DNA of 64,000 bases from NCBI GenBank assembly GCA_022792395.1, contig JAAWAX010000005.1:6112-70111 (forward strand), read 5' to 3'. Of this stretch, positions 39,503 to 50,253 are shown piece after piece (positions within the stretch are counted from its first letter, which is position 1; each line of letters begins with the position of its first letter). The translations under genes were made by a program, and so were the position numbers. A model generated the notes under the pieces. That model had not been told where the DNA came from, did no database searches, and saw nothing but the letters and a program-made list of their open reading frames with translations. Source of the stretch: Clostridia bacterium (GTDB lineage Bacteria > Bacillota > Clostridia > TANB77 > CAG-508).

Positions 39503-40804
39503 TTATCTAATAACTTCTAATACCACTTTTTCTTTTTCTACTGGTTTTTCTGAAATCTTGATAATTTTTTCTAGTCTTTTTTTTACTTCTACTAGCTTCT
39601 CATCATTAGCATGAATATAGGCTAATATATCATTTTTCTTTACTTTATCTGTCACTTTTTTTGCTAACACAATTCCTACGCTTACGTCAATTACATCTTC
39701 TTTTTGCTCTCTTCCTGCTCCTAATATTCCTGCTAATTTACCAATTTCTTTACTATTCATTTCTTGTATATAACCATCCTTTGGGCTATAAATTGGTTCT
39801 ATCTGTTTCGCTTTTGGTAATTTATCCAAATTTTCAATATAAGTAATATCTCCACCTTGTTTTTGAACTAATTCGATAAACTTTTTATAGGCTTCTCCAT
39901 TTTTTATATTTTCTAACAACTTAACTTTGTTTTCTTCTAAATCATTTCCTTTTCCAGCTAATTGCATCATATAACTGCCAAGTTCTAATACTACTTGTTT
40001 TAAATCTTCTGGCATATCATTTTTTAAGAATCTAACCGCTTCTATAACTTCTAAAGCATTTCCTATCGCATAACCTAAAGGCTCATCCATGTTAGTTAAT
40101 ATACAAACTGTTTCTCTTTTGGCTAATTTTCCTATTTCAATCATCGTATTAGCTAATTTCCTTGCTTCTTCCCTATTTTTCATAAAAGCACCATTCCCAA
40201 CCGTTACATCTAATACAATTTTTTGTGCTCCACTTGCTATTTTTTTACTCATGATACTAGAAGCTATTAATGGTATACTTTCCACACAAGAAATACTATC
40301 CCTTAAAGCATATAGTTTTTTATCCGCTGGTGCTAAATTTAAAGTTTGTGAAATCATACTAATTCCAATCTCTTCTACATTCTTAACAAATTCATTCATT
40401 TCAATTGTTGTTTGATAACCTGGTATTGACTCTAATTTATCCACAGTTCCTCCTGTAAAACCAAGCCCTCTTCCTGACATTTTAGCAACTGGTACTCCTA
40501 AAGAACTTACAAGTGGTAATAAAACCAAGGAAACTTTGTCACCTACTCCTCCTGTGGAATGTTTATCCACAATTGTTTCTTTTAATGTGGATAAATCTAG
40601 TATTTCTCCTGATTGTGCCATCGCTAATGTTAAATCTGTTGTTTCTTGATTTGTCATTCCATTTAAAAATATCGCCATCACTAATGCCGCTGCTTGATAG
40701 TCTTTTATATTTCCATTGGTATATTGTGTTATAAAATATTCAATTTCTTGTTTGCTTAATTCTTGCTTTTCTCTTTTTTTCTCAATGATATCTATGATTC
40801 TCAT
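39503..40804 (-). CDS. pdp: Pyrimidine-nucleoside (thymidine) phosphorylase
   Basis: 433 aa. KHSTGGVGD and SGRGLGFTGGTVDKLES motifs. Confidence 0.9.
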   Translation of the reverse strand: MRIIDIIEKKREKQELSKQEIEYFITQYTNGNIKDYQAAALVMAIFLNGMTNQETTDLTLAMAQSGEILDLSTLKETIVDKHSTGGVGDKVSLVLLPLVSSLGVPVAKMSGRGLGFTGGTVDKLESIPGYQTTIEMNEFVKNVEEIGISMISQTLNLAPADKKLYALRDSISCVESIPLIASSIMSKKIASGAQKIVLDVTVGNGAFMKNREEARKLANTMIEIGKLAKRETVCILTNMDEPLGYAIGNALEVIEAVRFLKNDMPEDLKQVVLELGSYMMQLAGKGNDLEENKVKLLENIKNGEAYKKFIELVQKQGGDITYIENLDKLPKAKQIEPIYSPKDGYIQEMNSKEIGKLAGILGAGREQKEDVIDVSVGIVLAKKVTDKVKKNDILAYIHANDEKLVEVKKRLEKIIKISEKPVEKEKVVLEVIR

Positions 40805-40906
40805 TTTTCATTCCCTTCCTTTCAAAAAACGATGGAAAAAGAAAAATCTTTTCCTTCAAGATTTTTCCCCTTACTTTAATTATGATATCCCAAACTATAT
40901 TTTTAA

Positions 40907-41533
40907 TTATACAAAATTCTTTGTAAAACTCCTTCGATGAATTGGACATAATCCATATTCTTTAATCGCTGCAATATGTTTGGCTGTTCCATAACCTTTA
41001 TGTCCACTAAAACCATATTGAGGGTAAACTTCTTCCCATTCTCTCATAATTCGGTCTCTTGTTACTTTCGCAATAATAGAAGCTGCTGCTATCGAATAGC
41101 ATTTAGCATCTCCTTTGACAATAGAATCATAAGGGATTCCTTTTGTATTAATTTGTGTCAAGGCATCTACTAAAATCAAATCTGGCTTTATATTCAATTC
41201 TTCCACTACTTTTGTAACCCCTTGTTTCGTTGCATTTAAAATATTAATTTCATCAATCACATCTTGTCCTATAATAGCAACTGAATAACTGATTGCTTCT
41301 TCTAAAATTAAGTCATATAATTTTTCCCTCTTTTTTTCTGCAACCTTTTTCGAATCATTTACTCCCTCTATTTTAGAATCTGGCGGCATAATAACCCCGG
41401 CTATTACGACTGGTCCTGCTAATGGACCTCTTCCTGCTTCATCAATTCCACATATTTTTTGAAATCCTTTTTGATACAATTCTCTTTCCATTTCTTTTAG
41501 TTTCGCTAATCTCTCTTCTTCTTTTTCCTTCAT
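40907..41533 (-). CDS. rnhB: Ribonuclease HII
   Basis: 208 aa. GIDEAGRGPLAGPVV and DSKK motifs. Confidence 0.9.
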   Translation of the reverse strand: MKEKEEERLAKLKEMERELYQKGFQKICGIDEAGRGPLAGPVVIAGVIMPPDSKIEGVNDSKKVAEKKREKLYDLILEEAISYSVAIIGQDVIDEINILNATKQGVTKVVEELNIKPDLILVDALTQINTKGIPYDSIVKGDAKCYSIAAASIIAKVTRDRIMREWEEVYPQYGFSGHKGYGTAKHIAAIKEYGLCPIHRRSFTKNFV

Positions 41534-41564
41534 TTTCTCTGATTCCTTCTCATATTTCTAACTT

Positions 41565-42089
41565 CTATTTTTGTATTTGACCAATTTCTGTTAATGAATA
41601 TTTCCCCTCATATCCTTCTATATAATAAACTTCTACTTTTGCATTTTTTTCATCAACTTTAATTAAGTATTCTTCTTCATTCTCTATTTTTTCCAATTCC
41701 CATTTTTCTTTGGTTTCTTTGGTTAAATAATAACATATCTCACCATCTTCCATTACTATTTGTAATTGTTCTGGAATGGTATCTGCTTTTTCCAATTTTT
41801 CTCTCTCTTCATATATTTCTTGTCTGGCAACATCTCTTCTTTCTATTTTTTCTTCTTCTGAACCAATTCCCATTTTTGTATTTACTTCTTCTACATATTC
41901 TCTTGCTTTAGCTTGTATAAAAAGCATATCTGTTTTTAATTCTTCTAATCTTTCTTTCTCTATTTCTTCCTTTGCCACATAAAAACTAATTCCTACTAAA
42001 ATTAATAATAAAATGATAACAATTGATAAAGCCACAAATGTTATTCCTTGTGTTTTCTTTCTTATATTATCTATCTTCATTTTTTTCAT
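41565..42089 (-). CDS. Prepilin-like N-terminal domain protein
   Basis: 174 aa. KKTQG-ITFVALSIVIILLLILVG resembles a type IV pilin signal, with Ala rather than Glu at +5. The C-terminal region is Glu/Lys-rich. Confidence 0.4.
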   Translation of the reverse strand: MKKMKIDNIRKKTQGITFVALSIVIILLLILVGISFYVAKEEIEKERLEELKTDMLFIQAKAREYVEEVNTKMGIGSEEEKIERRDVARQEIYEEREKLEKADTIPEQLQIVMEDGEICYYLTKETKEKWELEKIENEEEYLIKVDEKNAKVEVYYIEGYEGKYSLTEIGQIQK

Positions 42090-42244
42090 CCTTTTTTATT
42101 TATTTTTTTACATTATATATTTTTATCTATACATTTTCAATACAAAGTCAATTTTTTTTCACACAAATTTCACAAACCTATTGTATTATATCGGCATAAT
42201 AGGTTATTATATTAATAGTAATTAATTTAGGAGGTTAAAATAAA

Positions 42245-43507
42245 ATGGAAGAAAATGAAAAAAAAGAAGAAAAAGTACAAAACTTTAAAACGGTTCAAAA
42301 TCCAAATACATATAAAACACTATACAAAAATGAAACCATACAAAAATCAAAAGTTGGATTTGGAAAAAGTATCTTACTACCTTTTTTTAGTGGAGTGGTT
42401 GGATGTTCCGTTGTGTTAGGTACTTGTTTTGGTATTCCTTCTATTCGCTCAAAAATATTAGAAGTAAATCCAAATGTAGAAAATACAAATAATACCCAAA
42501 ATTCAGGATATGTAAGTCAAACTTCACTTTCTAATTATTCTGATACTGCTGTCTATGCAGCCAATAAGATATTACCATCTATTGTAGGAATCAATGTAGA
42601 ATATAACGTAAATTCTCTTATTTCTATGTTTGGTAGACAATCACAAACAACTACAGCAGAAGCTAGTGGTTCTGGTATTATTATTAGTGATGATGGTTAT
42701 ATTTTAACAAATAATCACATTGTAGCTACCTCTTCTTCTGAATCTTATTATGAAGTATCAGAAGCTACTAAAATAACGGTTACTCTATTTAATGATGAAA
42801 CAGAATATGAAGCCAAAATTATAGGAACAGATGAGCAAACTGATTTAGCGGTTATCAAAATTGAAAAATCCGGACTTTCTAAAGCGGAATTTGCTGATTC
42901 TGATAATATAAAAGTTGGTGAATTTGCTATGGCTGTTGGTAATCCATTAGGAATGCAAAGCAGTATCACTTGTGGTGTTATTAGTGCTGTTAATCGAGAA
43001 GTTACTGATTCTGATGGAAAGAAATTTACTTTGATTCAAACGGATGCTGCTATCAATTCTGGTAATAGCGGTGGAGCTTTGGTTAATAATGAAGGAAAAG
43101 TCATTGGTATTAATACCCTAAAACTTTCTGGAACAGGAATTGAAGGTATGGGATTTGCTATTCCAATTAATGCAACAACTGATATCACTTCTCAACTAAT
43201 TCAATATAGTAAAGTAAAAAGACCTTATATTGGAATTTCTGGAATGGATTTAACAGAAAACACAGCAAAAGCCAATAACCTAGTAGTTGGTATCTATGTA
43301 AAAGCTGTTGATGATTTTTCTGCTGGCGAAAAAGCAGGTATCAAAATTGGTGATGTTATTATTGAAGCTGATGGTAAAAAGGTTACAAAAATGGATGAAC
43401 TAAATGAAATTAAAAATTCTCATCAGATTGGTGATGAGATGAAAATCAAAATAAATCGTAATGGACAAGAAAAAGAACTAACCATTACATTAGGAGAGCA
43501 ACCTTAA
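42245..43507 (+). CDS. htrA: HtrA/DegP-family serine protease with PDZ domain
   Basis: 420 aa. TM anchor, TNNHIV (His), DLAVIK (Asp), GNSGGAL (Ser), C-terminal PDZ domain. Confidence 0.85.
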   Translation: MEENEKKEEKVQNFKTVQNPNTYKTLYKNETIQKSKVGFGKSILLPFFSGVVGCSVVLGTCFGIPSIRSKILEVNPNVENTNNTQNSGYVSQTSLSNYSDTAVYAANKILPSIVGINVEYNVNSLISMFGRQSQTTTAEASGSGIIISDDGYILTNNHIVATSSSESYYEVSEATKITVTLFNDETEYEAKIIGTDEQTDLAVIKIEKSGLSKAEFADSDNIKVGEFAMAVGNPLGMQSSITCGVISAVNREVTDSDGKKFTLIQTDAAINSGNSGGALVNNEGKVIGINTLKLSGTGIEGMGFAIPINATTDITSQLIQYSKVKRPYIGISGMDLTENTAKANNLVVGIYVKAVDDFSAGEKAGIKIGDVIIEADGKKVTKMDELNEIKNSHQIGDEMKIKINRNGQEKELTITLGEQP

Positions 43508-43628
43508 ATATTTTTTAATTCTTCACTTTCAGTTCACACAATGGACAAAATTCATTAGTAGAATACTACCATAGTCAGTAAGAGATTACTGACTCTAAAT
43601 TAAAAACATCCCCTTTTATTTTCAAAAA

Positions 43629-43662
43629 AAGAAAGAGAATGCATCCATTCTCTTTCTTTTTG
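43629..43662 (+). terminator. Rho-independent terminator
   Basis: AGAAAGAGAATG-CATC-CATTCTCTTTCT followed by TTTT. Confidence 0.6.
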
Positions 43663-43667
43663 ATTGT

Positions 43668-43750
43668 AAAACAATAGTGGGCTGATTAATATTTTATAAA
43701 ATTTAATATGTAGAGTTCATCTCACATTTAATTGTTTGTCTGTAAAAATT
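43668..43750 (+). repeat. Family-R element (copy 2)
   Basis: AAAACAATAGTGGGCTGATTAATATTTTATAA...CTCACATTTAATTGTTTGTCTGTAAAAATT is highly similar to the reverse complement of 30619..30724. Confidence 0.6.
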
Positions 43751-43760
43751 GCCATACATT

Positions 43761-44618
43761 CTATATTACAATTAAATCCATTTCACTTGTAAATGTTTCA
43801 TTTCCATAGGCATAAATAATATATAAAGTATTATTTGTCAAATAATATTCTGTTGCATTTTCTATATTATACCTATCACTTGAGACTTCTCTACTATAAA
43901 TCGTATAACCTAAATCACTTAAATCTTGCACTTTCTTCTGTGCTATTTCAATTTCATTATTAATTTTCTGTTGTATATCAGATTGGTTTAAATTTTCCAT
44001 TCTCAATATTTTATCTAAAGTAATTTCTTTATTATTTCTTAAATCATAATGATAAGTCTGAATAATGATTCTTTGAGCATTTGTTCCTTCTTTTAAATTG
44101 GAACGAATCATTAAAGATAAAATATCATCATAGACATTGGCTACATATTCTACTGTATAAATAATGTTTTGGTTTTGACTTTCTAATATATTGTTTGTTT
44201 TCTCTACAAAACTCTCTATTTCTTTATTATATTCCTCTATTTTAGGATTATCGATATTAATATAAGGTATATTAACTTCTATATCATAGTAATCTAATTT
44301 ATTCTCTTTTCTTTGCATTTTTGTATAAACTAATGGTTGGTCTATTTCTTTCTTTTTGTTATCTTGCCCTTCTCCATTTTCAATTGTATTGATAAAAATT
44401 TGCTCAAATCTTGCTTTTATTTCTTCTGTTTGCTCCTCTGTTTTATTCCCAAATTCTGTTTCGGTTTCAATTCCTATGAATCTTCCTAAATCAATTCTAG
44501 CATAAAATTGGACATAAAAGGCTATTATAACAGAAATAATACATACTATCACAATCGTTATATAAATAGCTAATTGTTTTTTATTCAATGCTTTTTCTTC
44601 TGGTAATACGACTTTCAT
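43761..44618 (-). CDS. Hypothetical membrane-anchored protein
   Basis: 285 aa with a single N-terminal TM. It may be DUF3298-like, but I cannot confirm that. Confidence 0.35.
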   Translation of the reverse strand: MKVVLPEEKALNKKQLAIYITIVIVCIISVIIAFYVQFYARIDLGRFIGIETETEFGNKTEEQTEEIKARFEQIFINTIENGEGQDNKKKEIDQPLVYTKMQRKENKLDYYDIEVNIPYINIDNPKIEEYNKEIESFVEKTNNILESQNQNIIYTVEYVANVYDDILSLMIRSNLKEGTNAQRIIIQTYHYDLRNNKEITLDKILRMENLNQSDIQQKINNEIEIAQKKVQDLSDLGYTIYSREVSSDRYNIENATEYYLTNNTLYIIYAYGNETFTSEMDLIVI

Positions 44619-44712
44619 TATTTACTCCTCATTTATTTTTTTGTTTATTATAACATTTCTCTTATAATTTGCCAAGAGAAACAAAATTTCAGTTTTGTAG
44701 CTAAATTTTTGG

Positions 44713-44741
44713 TTGACTATTTCTTGATTTTGCGATATGAT
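44713..44741 (+). promoter_or_regulatory. Candidate sigma-A promoter for the clp gene
   Basis: TTGACT, 17-nt spacer, TATGAT, about 40 nt upstream of the start. Confidence 0.4.
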
Positions 44742-44782
44742 ATTATAGATTAAATTTAAAGAGAAATGAGGAATAAAAACGT

Positions 44783-47152
44783 ATGTTATGTTCAGAATGT
44801 AATGAAAACCCAGCAATACTTTTTTATAAAAAAATAGAAAATGGAAAAGAATCCATGGAAGGTTACTGTTATGACTGTGCCAAGAAAAAAGGAATCAATC
44901 CAAATGAAGTTTTGTCTAAACAAAATGATATTTTGTCAAAAGACAAAGTAAACTTATCTGATATGACAAAACAATTCGAAAGTATCTTCAAAGATTTAGC
45001 AGAAAATATCAATTTAGAAGACATCGAAAACATGGAAGGTGCTATTACTTTCGAAAATACCGATTTAAATAATAATTCTAATGAAGATGCTCCCAAAATA
45101 ACAGGAGCAGCCATTCCACTTGGCTCTATTTTTTCAAATATGTTTCATGCTTCTAGTCCAAAAGATAAAGAAGAACAAGAAGAACCTATTAGTGGTAGAA
45201 AAAAAGTAAAAGTCGAAAAGAAGAAAAATACGAAGCAAAATAAAAAGAAAAAGTTCCTAGATACCTATGGAACTAACCTAACTAGTAAAGCCAAGAATAA
45301 TGAAATTGACATCGTTATTGGTAGAGACAAAGAAATTCAAAGAATTGTTCAAATTTTAAATAGACGTTCTAAAAACAACCCTTGTTTAATTGGAGAACCT
45401 GGTGTTGGTAAAACAGCTATTGCACAAGGATTAGCAATTAAAATTGCCAACCAAAATGTTCCTGCTAAACTTTTAAATAAAGAAGTCTACTTACTAGATA
45501 TGACAGCTGTTATTGCTGGTACTCAATTTAGAGGACAATTTGAATCAAGGATGAAAGGTATTATCGATGAATGTAAAGAATATGGAAATATTATTTTAGT
45601 CATCGATGAAATTCATAATATCATTGGTGCAGGTGATGGTGAACATTCTATGAATGCTGCTAATATTTTAAAACCAGCTTTATCAAATGGAGAAATCCAA
45701 TTAATTGGTACCACTACCCTAAAAGAATATAGAAAATATATTGAAAAAGACTCTGCTTTAGAAAGAAGATTTCAACAAGTACTAGTAGAAGAACCTAATA
45801 TTGATGATTCTATCGGTATTTTGGAAGGTATTAAAAAATACTACGAAGAATATCACAAAGTAAAAATTTCATCTGATGTCATTCGACAAGTAGTTGTTAT
45901 GTCTGAAAAGTATATTCATGATAGATTTTTACCAGACAAAGCAATTGATATTTTAGATGAGGCTTGTTCAAGAATTAATTTAGAAAATAAGGACTTATAT
46001 AATTTAGAAATGCTAAAACAAGAACTTTCTCATGTACAAGCTGAAAAAGAAGAGGTCATTGCAGCTGACTCAACAGAAGATTATCAAAAAGCTGCTGATT
46101 TAAAAACTCGTGAATGTCAATTAATTGAAGAGATTGATAAATTGAATAGCAAAATGAAGTTAAAACAAATTACAATTCAAGATATCGCTAATGTAATTGA
46201 AAACTGGACAAAAATACCAGTTAAAAAAATAACAGAAGCCGAAACACAAAAATTACTAAATTTAGAAACTAATCTTCACAAAAGAATTATTGGCCAAGAA
46301 GAAGCTGTTAGTAGTGTATCTAGAGCCATTCGTAGGAATCGTGCTGGTCTACAAAGCACGAAAAGACCTCCATCTTTTATCTTTGTTGGTCCTACTGGCG
46401 TTGGAAAAACAGAACTTGCCAAATCGCTTGCTTTTGAGATGTTTGGAAGTGAAGATTCTATCATCCGAGTTGACATGTCTGAATATATGGAAAGTCACTC
46501 TACTTCTAAATTAATTGGTGCCCCTCCAGGATATGTTGGCTATGATGATGCTGGTCAATTAACTGATAAAGTAAAAAGAAAACCTTATTCTATTATTCTA
46601 TTAGATGAAATTGAAAAAGCTCATCCAGATGTATTTAATATTTTACTTCAAGTATTAGATGATGGAAAATTAACGGATAGTCAAGGAAATTCTGTTAGCT
46701 TTGCTAATACCATTATTATCATGACATCCAATGCTGGTTCTAATTTAAATAACAATTCGATTGGATTTGGTGGTCAAACAATTAGCAAAAATAAAATAAT
46801 GGATAGTTTAAAAGATGTATTTCGCCCAGAATTCTTAAATAGAATTGATGAAATTGTTGCCTTTAATGCTTTAACCAAGGAACAATTATTACAAATTGTT
46901 GATTTAATGCTAATGAATACAATAAAAGCTTTAAAAGAAAAAGATATTAAACTTGAAATTGATACCAAAGCCAAAAACTTTATTTTAGAACAAGGTACTG
47001 ATATTAAGTTTGGAGCTAGACCTTTGAGAAGAGCCATCCAAAAATATATTGATGATGAACTTTCTGAAATGATTTTGCGTAGTGAACTTTTAGATGGTAA
47101 TACTGTTGCTGTTACTTTAAAAAATGATAAACTAGAATTTAAAATAAAATAG
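44783..47152 (+). CDS. clpE: Clp/Hsp100 AAA+ ATPase, ClpE-type (N-terminal zinc ribbon)
   Basis: 789 aa. N-terminal CSEC...CYDC, two AAA modules ([16 protein letters not shown]), and a UVR-like linker. Confidence 0.8.
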   Translation: MLCSECNENPAILFYKKIENGKESMEGYCYDCAKKKGINPNEVLSKQNDILSKDKVNLSDMTKQFESIFKDLAENINLEDIENMEGAITFENTDLNNNSNEDAPKITGAAIPLGSIFSNMFHASSPKDKEEQEEPISGRKKVKVEKKKNTKQNKKKKFLDTYGTNLTSKAKNNEIDIVIGRDKEIQRIVQILNRRSKNNPCLIGEPGVGKTAIAQGLAIKIANQNVPAKLLNKEVYLLDMTAVIAGTQFRGQFESRMKGIIDECKEYGNIILVIDEIHNIIGAGDGEHSMNAANILKPALSNGEIQLIGTTTLKEYRKYIEKDSALERRFQQVLVEEPNIDDSIGILEGIKKYYEEYHKVKISSDVIRQVVVMSEKYIHDRFLPDKAIDILDEACSRINLENKDLYNLEMLKQELSHVQAEKEEVIAADSTEDYQKAADLKTRECQLIEEIDKLNSKMKLKQITIQDIANVIENWTKIPVKKITEAETQKLLNLETNLHKRIIGQEEAVSSVSRAIRRNRAGLQSTKRPPSFIFVGPTGVGKTELAKSLAFEMFGSEDSIIRVDMSEYMESHSTSKLIGAPPGYVGYDDAGQLTDKVKRKPYSIILLDEIEKAHPDVFNILLQVLDDGKLTDSQGNSVSFANTIIIMTSNAGSNLNNNSIGFGGQTISKNKIMDSLKDVFRPEFLNRIDEIVAFNALTKEQLLQIVDLMLMNTIKALKEKDIKLEIDTKAKNFILEQGTDIKFGARPLRRAIQKYIDDELSEMILRSELLDGNTVAVTLKNDKLEFKIK

Positions 47153-47161
47153 GAGAAATTT

Positions 47162-47758
47162 ATGTTAAAACATTTACCCAATGCACTAACTGTCGTTCGA
47201 CTTTTGTTAATACCATTAATTATCTTTTATATTTTTACAGGTAATTATATTTTAGCCTTTGTATTTTTTACAATCTCTGGTATAACCGATATTGCTGATG
47301 GTTTTATTGCTAGAAAATTTAATTTAGTTTCCAACTTTGGAAAGTTAATGGATCCTTTAGCTGATAAACTAACTCAAATTGCTACTTTGGCTTCTTTGGT
47401 ATTTGCTAATATCATTCCTCTTTGGATTTTAGCAATTGTGTTTTTAAAAGAGTTTATTATGATTTGTGGTGCATCTTTCCTTTATGGAAAAGATGTTGTA
47501 GTTTATAGCAAATGGTATGGTAAACTTGCTACAGTATTACTTTACTTTGCCATTGTTGTTTCTCTTTTATTAAAACAATTTGAACTAGCTGGCATCTGGG
47601 AATTGATAGATTTAGGAATTTTTACTTTAGCATTACTCTCTACTATCTTTTCTTTAATCATGTATATAAAAGATTTATACCAAAAAGGATTTATTGATAA
47701 ACAAGATTTGAAAAAAGAAGTTACAGTAGACAAAAAAGAAGAAAGAAAAAAAAGATAG
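47162..47758 (+). CDS. pgsA: CDP-diacylglycerol-glycerol-3-phosphate 3-phosphatidyltransferase
   Basis: 198 aa with the CDP-alcohol phosphatidyltransferase motif DGFIARKFNLVSNFGKLMDPLADK. Confidence 0.85.
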   Translation: MLKHLPNALTVVRLLLIPLIIFYIFTGNYILAFVFFTISGITDIADGFIARKFNLVSNFGKLMDPLADKLTQIATLASLVFANIIPLWILAIVFLKEFIMICGASFLYGKDVVVYSKWYGKLATVLLYFAIVVSLLLKQFELAGIWELIDLGIFTLALLSTIFSLIMYIKDLYQKGFIDKQDLKKEVTVDKKEERKKR

Positions 47759-47917
47759 AACAAAAGAGGCATGATTAAAATATTTTGACCTTTTAGATTA
47801 GTTTTCATGCCTCATCTTTTCTTGAAGTTGTTAAGCTTTGACCATTACAAATTCATGATGCGTTAGAAGTTCGCTCGCCAAGTTTGCTTTAGCAAATTTG
47901 TATGAAATGGAATGTAT

Positions 47918-48298
47918 CTATGCATTTTTCCATAAAGTATAATTATATCTCGCTGTATCCCAATCATCACCTTCGTTATACAACATAAATGTTATACTAA
48001 CATTATGCGTTTCATCTGATTGAATGGCATGCATTGCTTTTTCAATGTCAAATTGTTTTACACTAGATACAAATGTTATTTTTAATGTACCTTTAGAATT
48101 CAAATTTCCCTTTTTAGGTATTAAATCAAAATACATTTCCTTTTTATAATATCCCATGTATTCATTTGATTTATATACTAAATCTAAATCTTCTTTTAAC
48201 TCATCCATTTGAGGAAGTTCAAACTTATTTAGTATATCTTTAAAAACCAAATTTTTTCCTAACTCACTTTGAATCGTATTTTTTAACAAATGTTTCAT
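47918..48298 (-). CDS. Hypothetical protein
   Basis: 126-aa ORF with no recognisable motif. Confidence 0.35.
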   Translation of the reverse strand: MKHLLKNTIQSELGKNLVFKDILNKFELPQMDELKEDLDLVYKSNEYMGYYKKEMYFDLIPKKGNLNSKGTLKITFVSSVKQFDIEKAMHAIQSDETHNVSITFMLYNEGDDWDTARYNYTLWKNA

Positions 48299-48522
48299 AA
48301 TTAATTCTCCTCCTCTAAAACATTTTACGCTTCTTTGAGATCTTAAACAAAATAAATAGAAGAATTTAAAAAGTAGAAAAAGATCTCTCGAAGCGATAAT
48401 TTTTTACAACAGTTTCATAATTTAATTAATTTTTATTGCTTTTTATCTATATTTATATTATAATCCATTTAATGATATAAGTAAAATATATATATTTTAT
48501 ATTTTTCATAAAGGAGATTTAT

Positions 48523-49420
48523 ATGGATATTATTAATCATAATTTTGATCTTAATCTATACAGAGTTTTTTATGCTGTTGCTCAAACTAAAAATATATCC
48601 AAAGCTGCTGAACTTTTATTTGTTTCTCAACCTGCTGTTAGTTATAGTATAAAGACATTGGAAGAAGCTTTAGGAGGTACTTTATTTTTTCGTACACCCA
48701 AAGGAGTTCAATTGACACCAGAAGCTGAAAAGTTGTATGAGGCTGTAAAAAAGTCTTATCATTCTTTAGCTATTGGAGAAAAACTCTTTACAGAAGATAA
48801 AAATTTAACTACTGGTGATTTATATATTCGGATGTAATCCTAGTTTATTTCAAGTTGGATTATATCCATATATTGCTACCTATCACAAGCAATATCCAAG
48901 TATAAAAATTCATATTATTAGTAAGCCTGCTAGTGATTTAATTACAATGTTAGAAAATCATGAACTAGATATGGTAATTCGTAAATTTGGTATAGAAACA
49001 ACATTTCGTAATTTTTCTGTTAAAATTGCTTCTCAAATTACTCATTGTTTTTTTTGTAATGAAAAATATAAAAATCTATCTTTAAAAAAACAAGTTTCTT
49101 TAGAAGAATTATCAAATTATCCACTTTTAGTATTAAATCAAAGTAGTTATGAACGTAGAGCTTTAGATTATGACTTTAAAAAACAAAATGTAAAATTAGA
49201 ACCTATCATGGATTTTACTTATCATGCTCCTATTGTTTATTTAGTAAAATTAGGTTATGGGATTGGATACACATTAAAAGAAGCTATCCAAAATGATTTA
49301 GATAGTAAAGAACTATATCAGATTAATGTTAATCAAATTTCTTCTATGCATAATTTAGGAATTGTTTATAATTCTAAATATCTTTCTACTGCAGCTAATA
49401 AACTTATAGCAATGATTTAG
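48523..49420 (+). CDS. LysR-family transcriptional regulator (one CGG +1 site at 48829-48831)
   Basis: N-terminal HTH (FVSQPAVSYSIKTLEE). Track ORFs 48523..48837 and 48815..49420 join as ..TTGDLYI-G-CNPSLFQ... 299 codons. Confidence 0.8.
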
Positions 49421-49470
49421 CTTTTACCATAAAACAGATAAAAATTGCCAAAAAACTTTGGCAATTTTTT

Positions 49471-50070
49471 TTACTCAAAATCCTCAATTAATTGATTTAA
49501 TTCTTGTTTTCCATTTACTTGAATTCCATTCTTCATATTAATTTTATCTGTTTCTGGTAAATACTCTGTTGTAACCCCTGTGACTTCTATTTCTTTTTGT
49601 GTCCCATCTTCTAATAATTGATAAATTGTAACTTGTCCTTCTTTATCCTTTACCATGTAATGTTCTCCACATGTTCCTTCCTTTTCTTGATATAAAACCA
49701 CTTCATTAGTGGCAAAACTTTCTATCTCATATTCTGGATACTCTTCTTGTATCTCATCTTTTGTTAAATTAACAAAATCTTGTGATAAATTAGCATATTC
49801 ACTTTTCATGTGCTTACATTCTGAAAAATAAGTTTTAGTTATTAGTGAACAATTAGGAGAAGTCTTTTCCTCTTGTGTATTAGCTTTTATCGTATTCTCA
49901 TTTTCCATCTCTTCATATTCATCGGTACAATCATCTAAAATTTCTTCTGCTACTTGAGTTACCTTATTTTCAATATTTTCATTACGATTTGGACTAAATA
50001 TCATCATGGCTGTGAACATAGCACTTATCACTACAATAATAGCTATCATGACTATGATTAATTTATTCAT
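49471..50070 (-). CDS. Membrane-anchored protein with a BofC-C-terminal-like domain
   Basis: 199 aa. N-terminal TM. The C-terminal ..DKEGQVTIYQLLEDGTQKEI...KNGIQVNGKQELNQLIEDFE resembles the BofC C-terminal domain. Assigned from memory. Confidence 0.4.
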   Translation of the reverse strand: MNKLIIVMIAIIVVISAMFTAMMIFSPNRNENIENKVTQVAEEILDDCTDEYEEMENENTIKANTQEEKTSPNCSLITKTYFSECKHMKSEYANLSQDFVNLTKDEIQEEYPEYEIESFATNEVVLYQEKEGTCGEHYMVKDKEGQVTIYQLLEDGTQKEIEVTGVTTEYLPETDKINMKNGIQVNGKQELNQLIEDFE

Positions 50071-50253
50071 AAATTTAACGCTCCTTTTTCTACTTTTTTG
50101 TAGTATTTACTGGTTTTGTTAAATTTATACATTTTCATTTTGGTAAACTCATATTTTCTTATTCGCTCTTTTATCCAATTTGTAAAATCTCTTCCTACTT
50201 TCATAACACTATGATTTAAAATTTTCTTTAATCGTTATCTTCCTTAAAATATT

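Noticed and set aside
44622-44816. A 64-aa ORF on the minus strand overlapping the clp promoter and start.
   Set aside because: It overlaps the promoter and the first codons of a well-supported gene. It has no ribosome-binding site or recognisable features.
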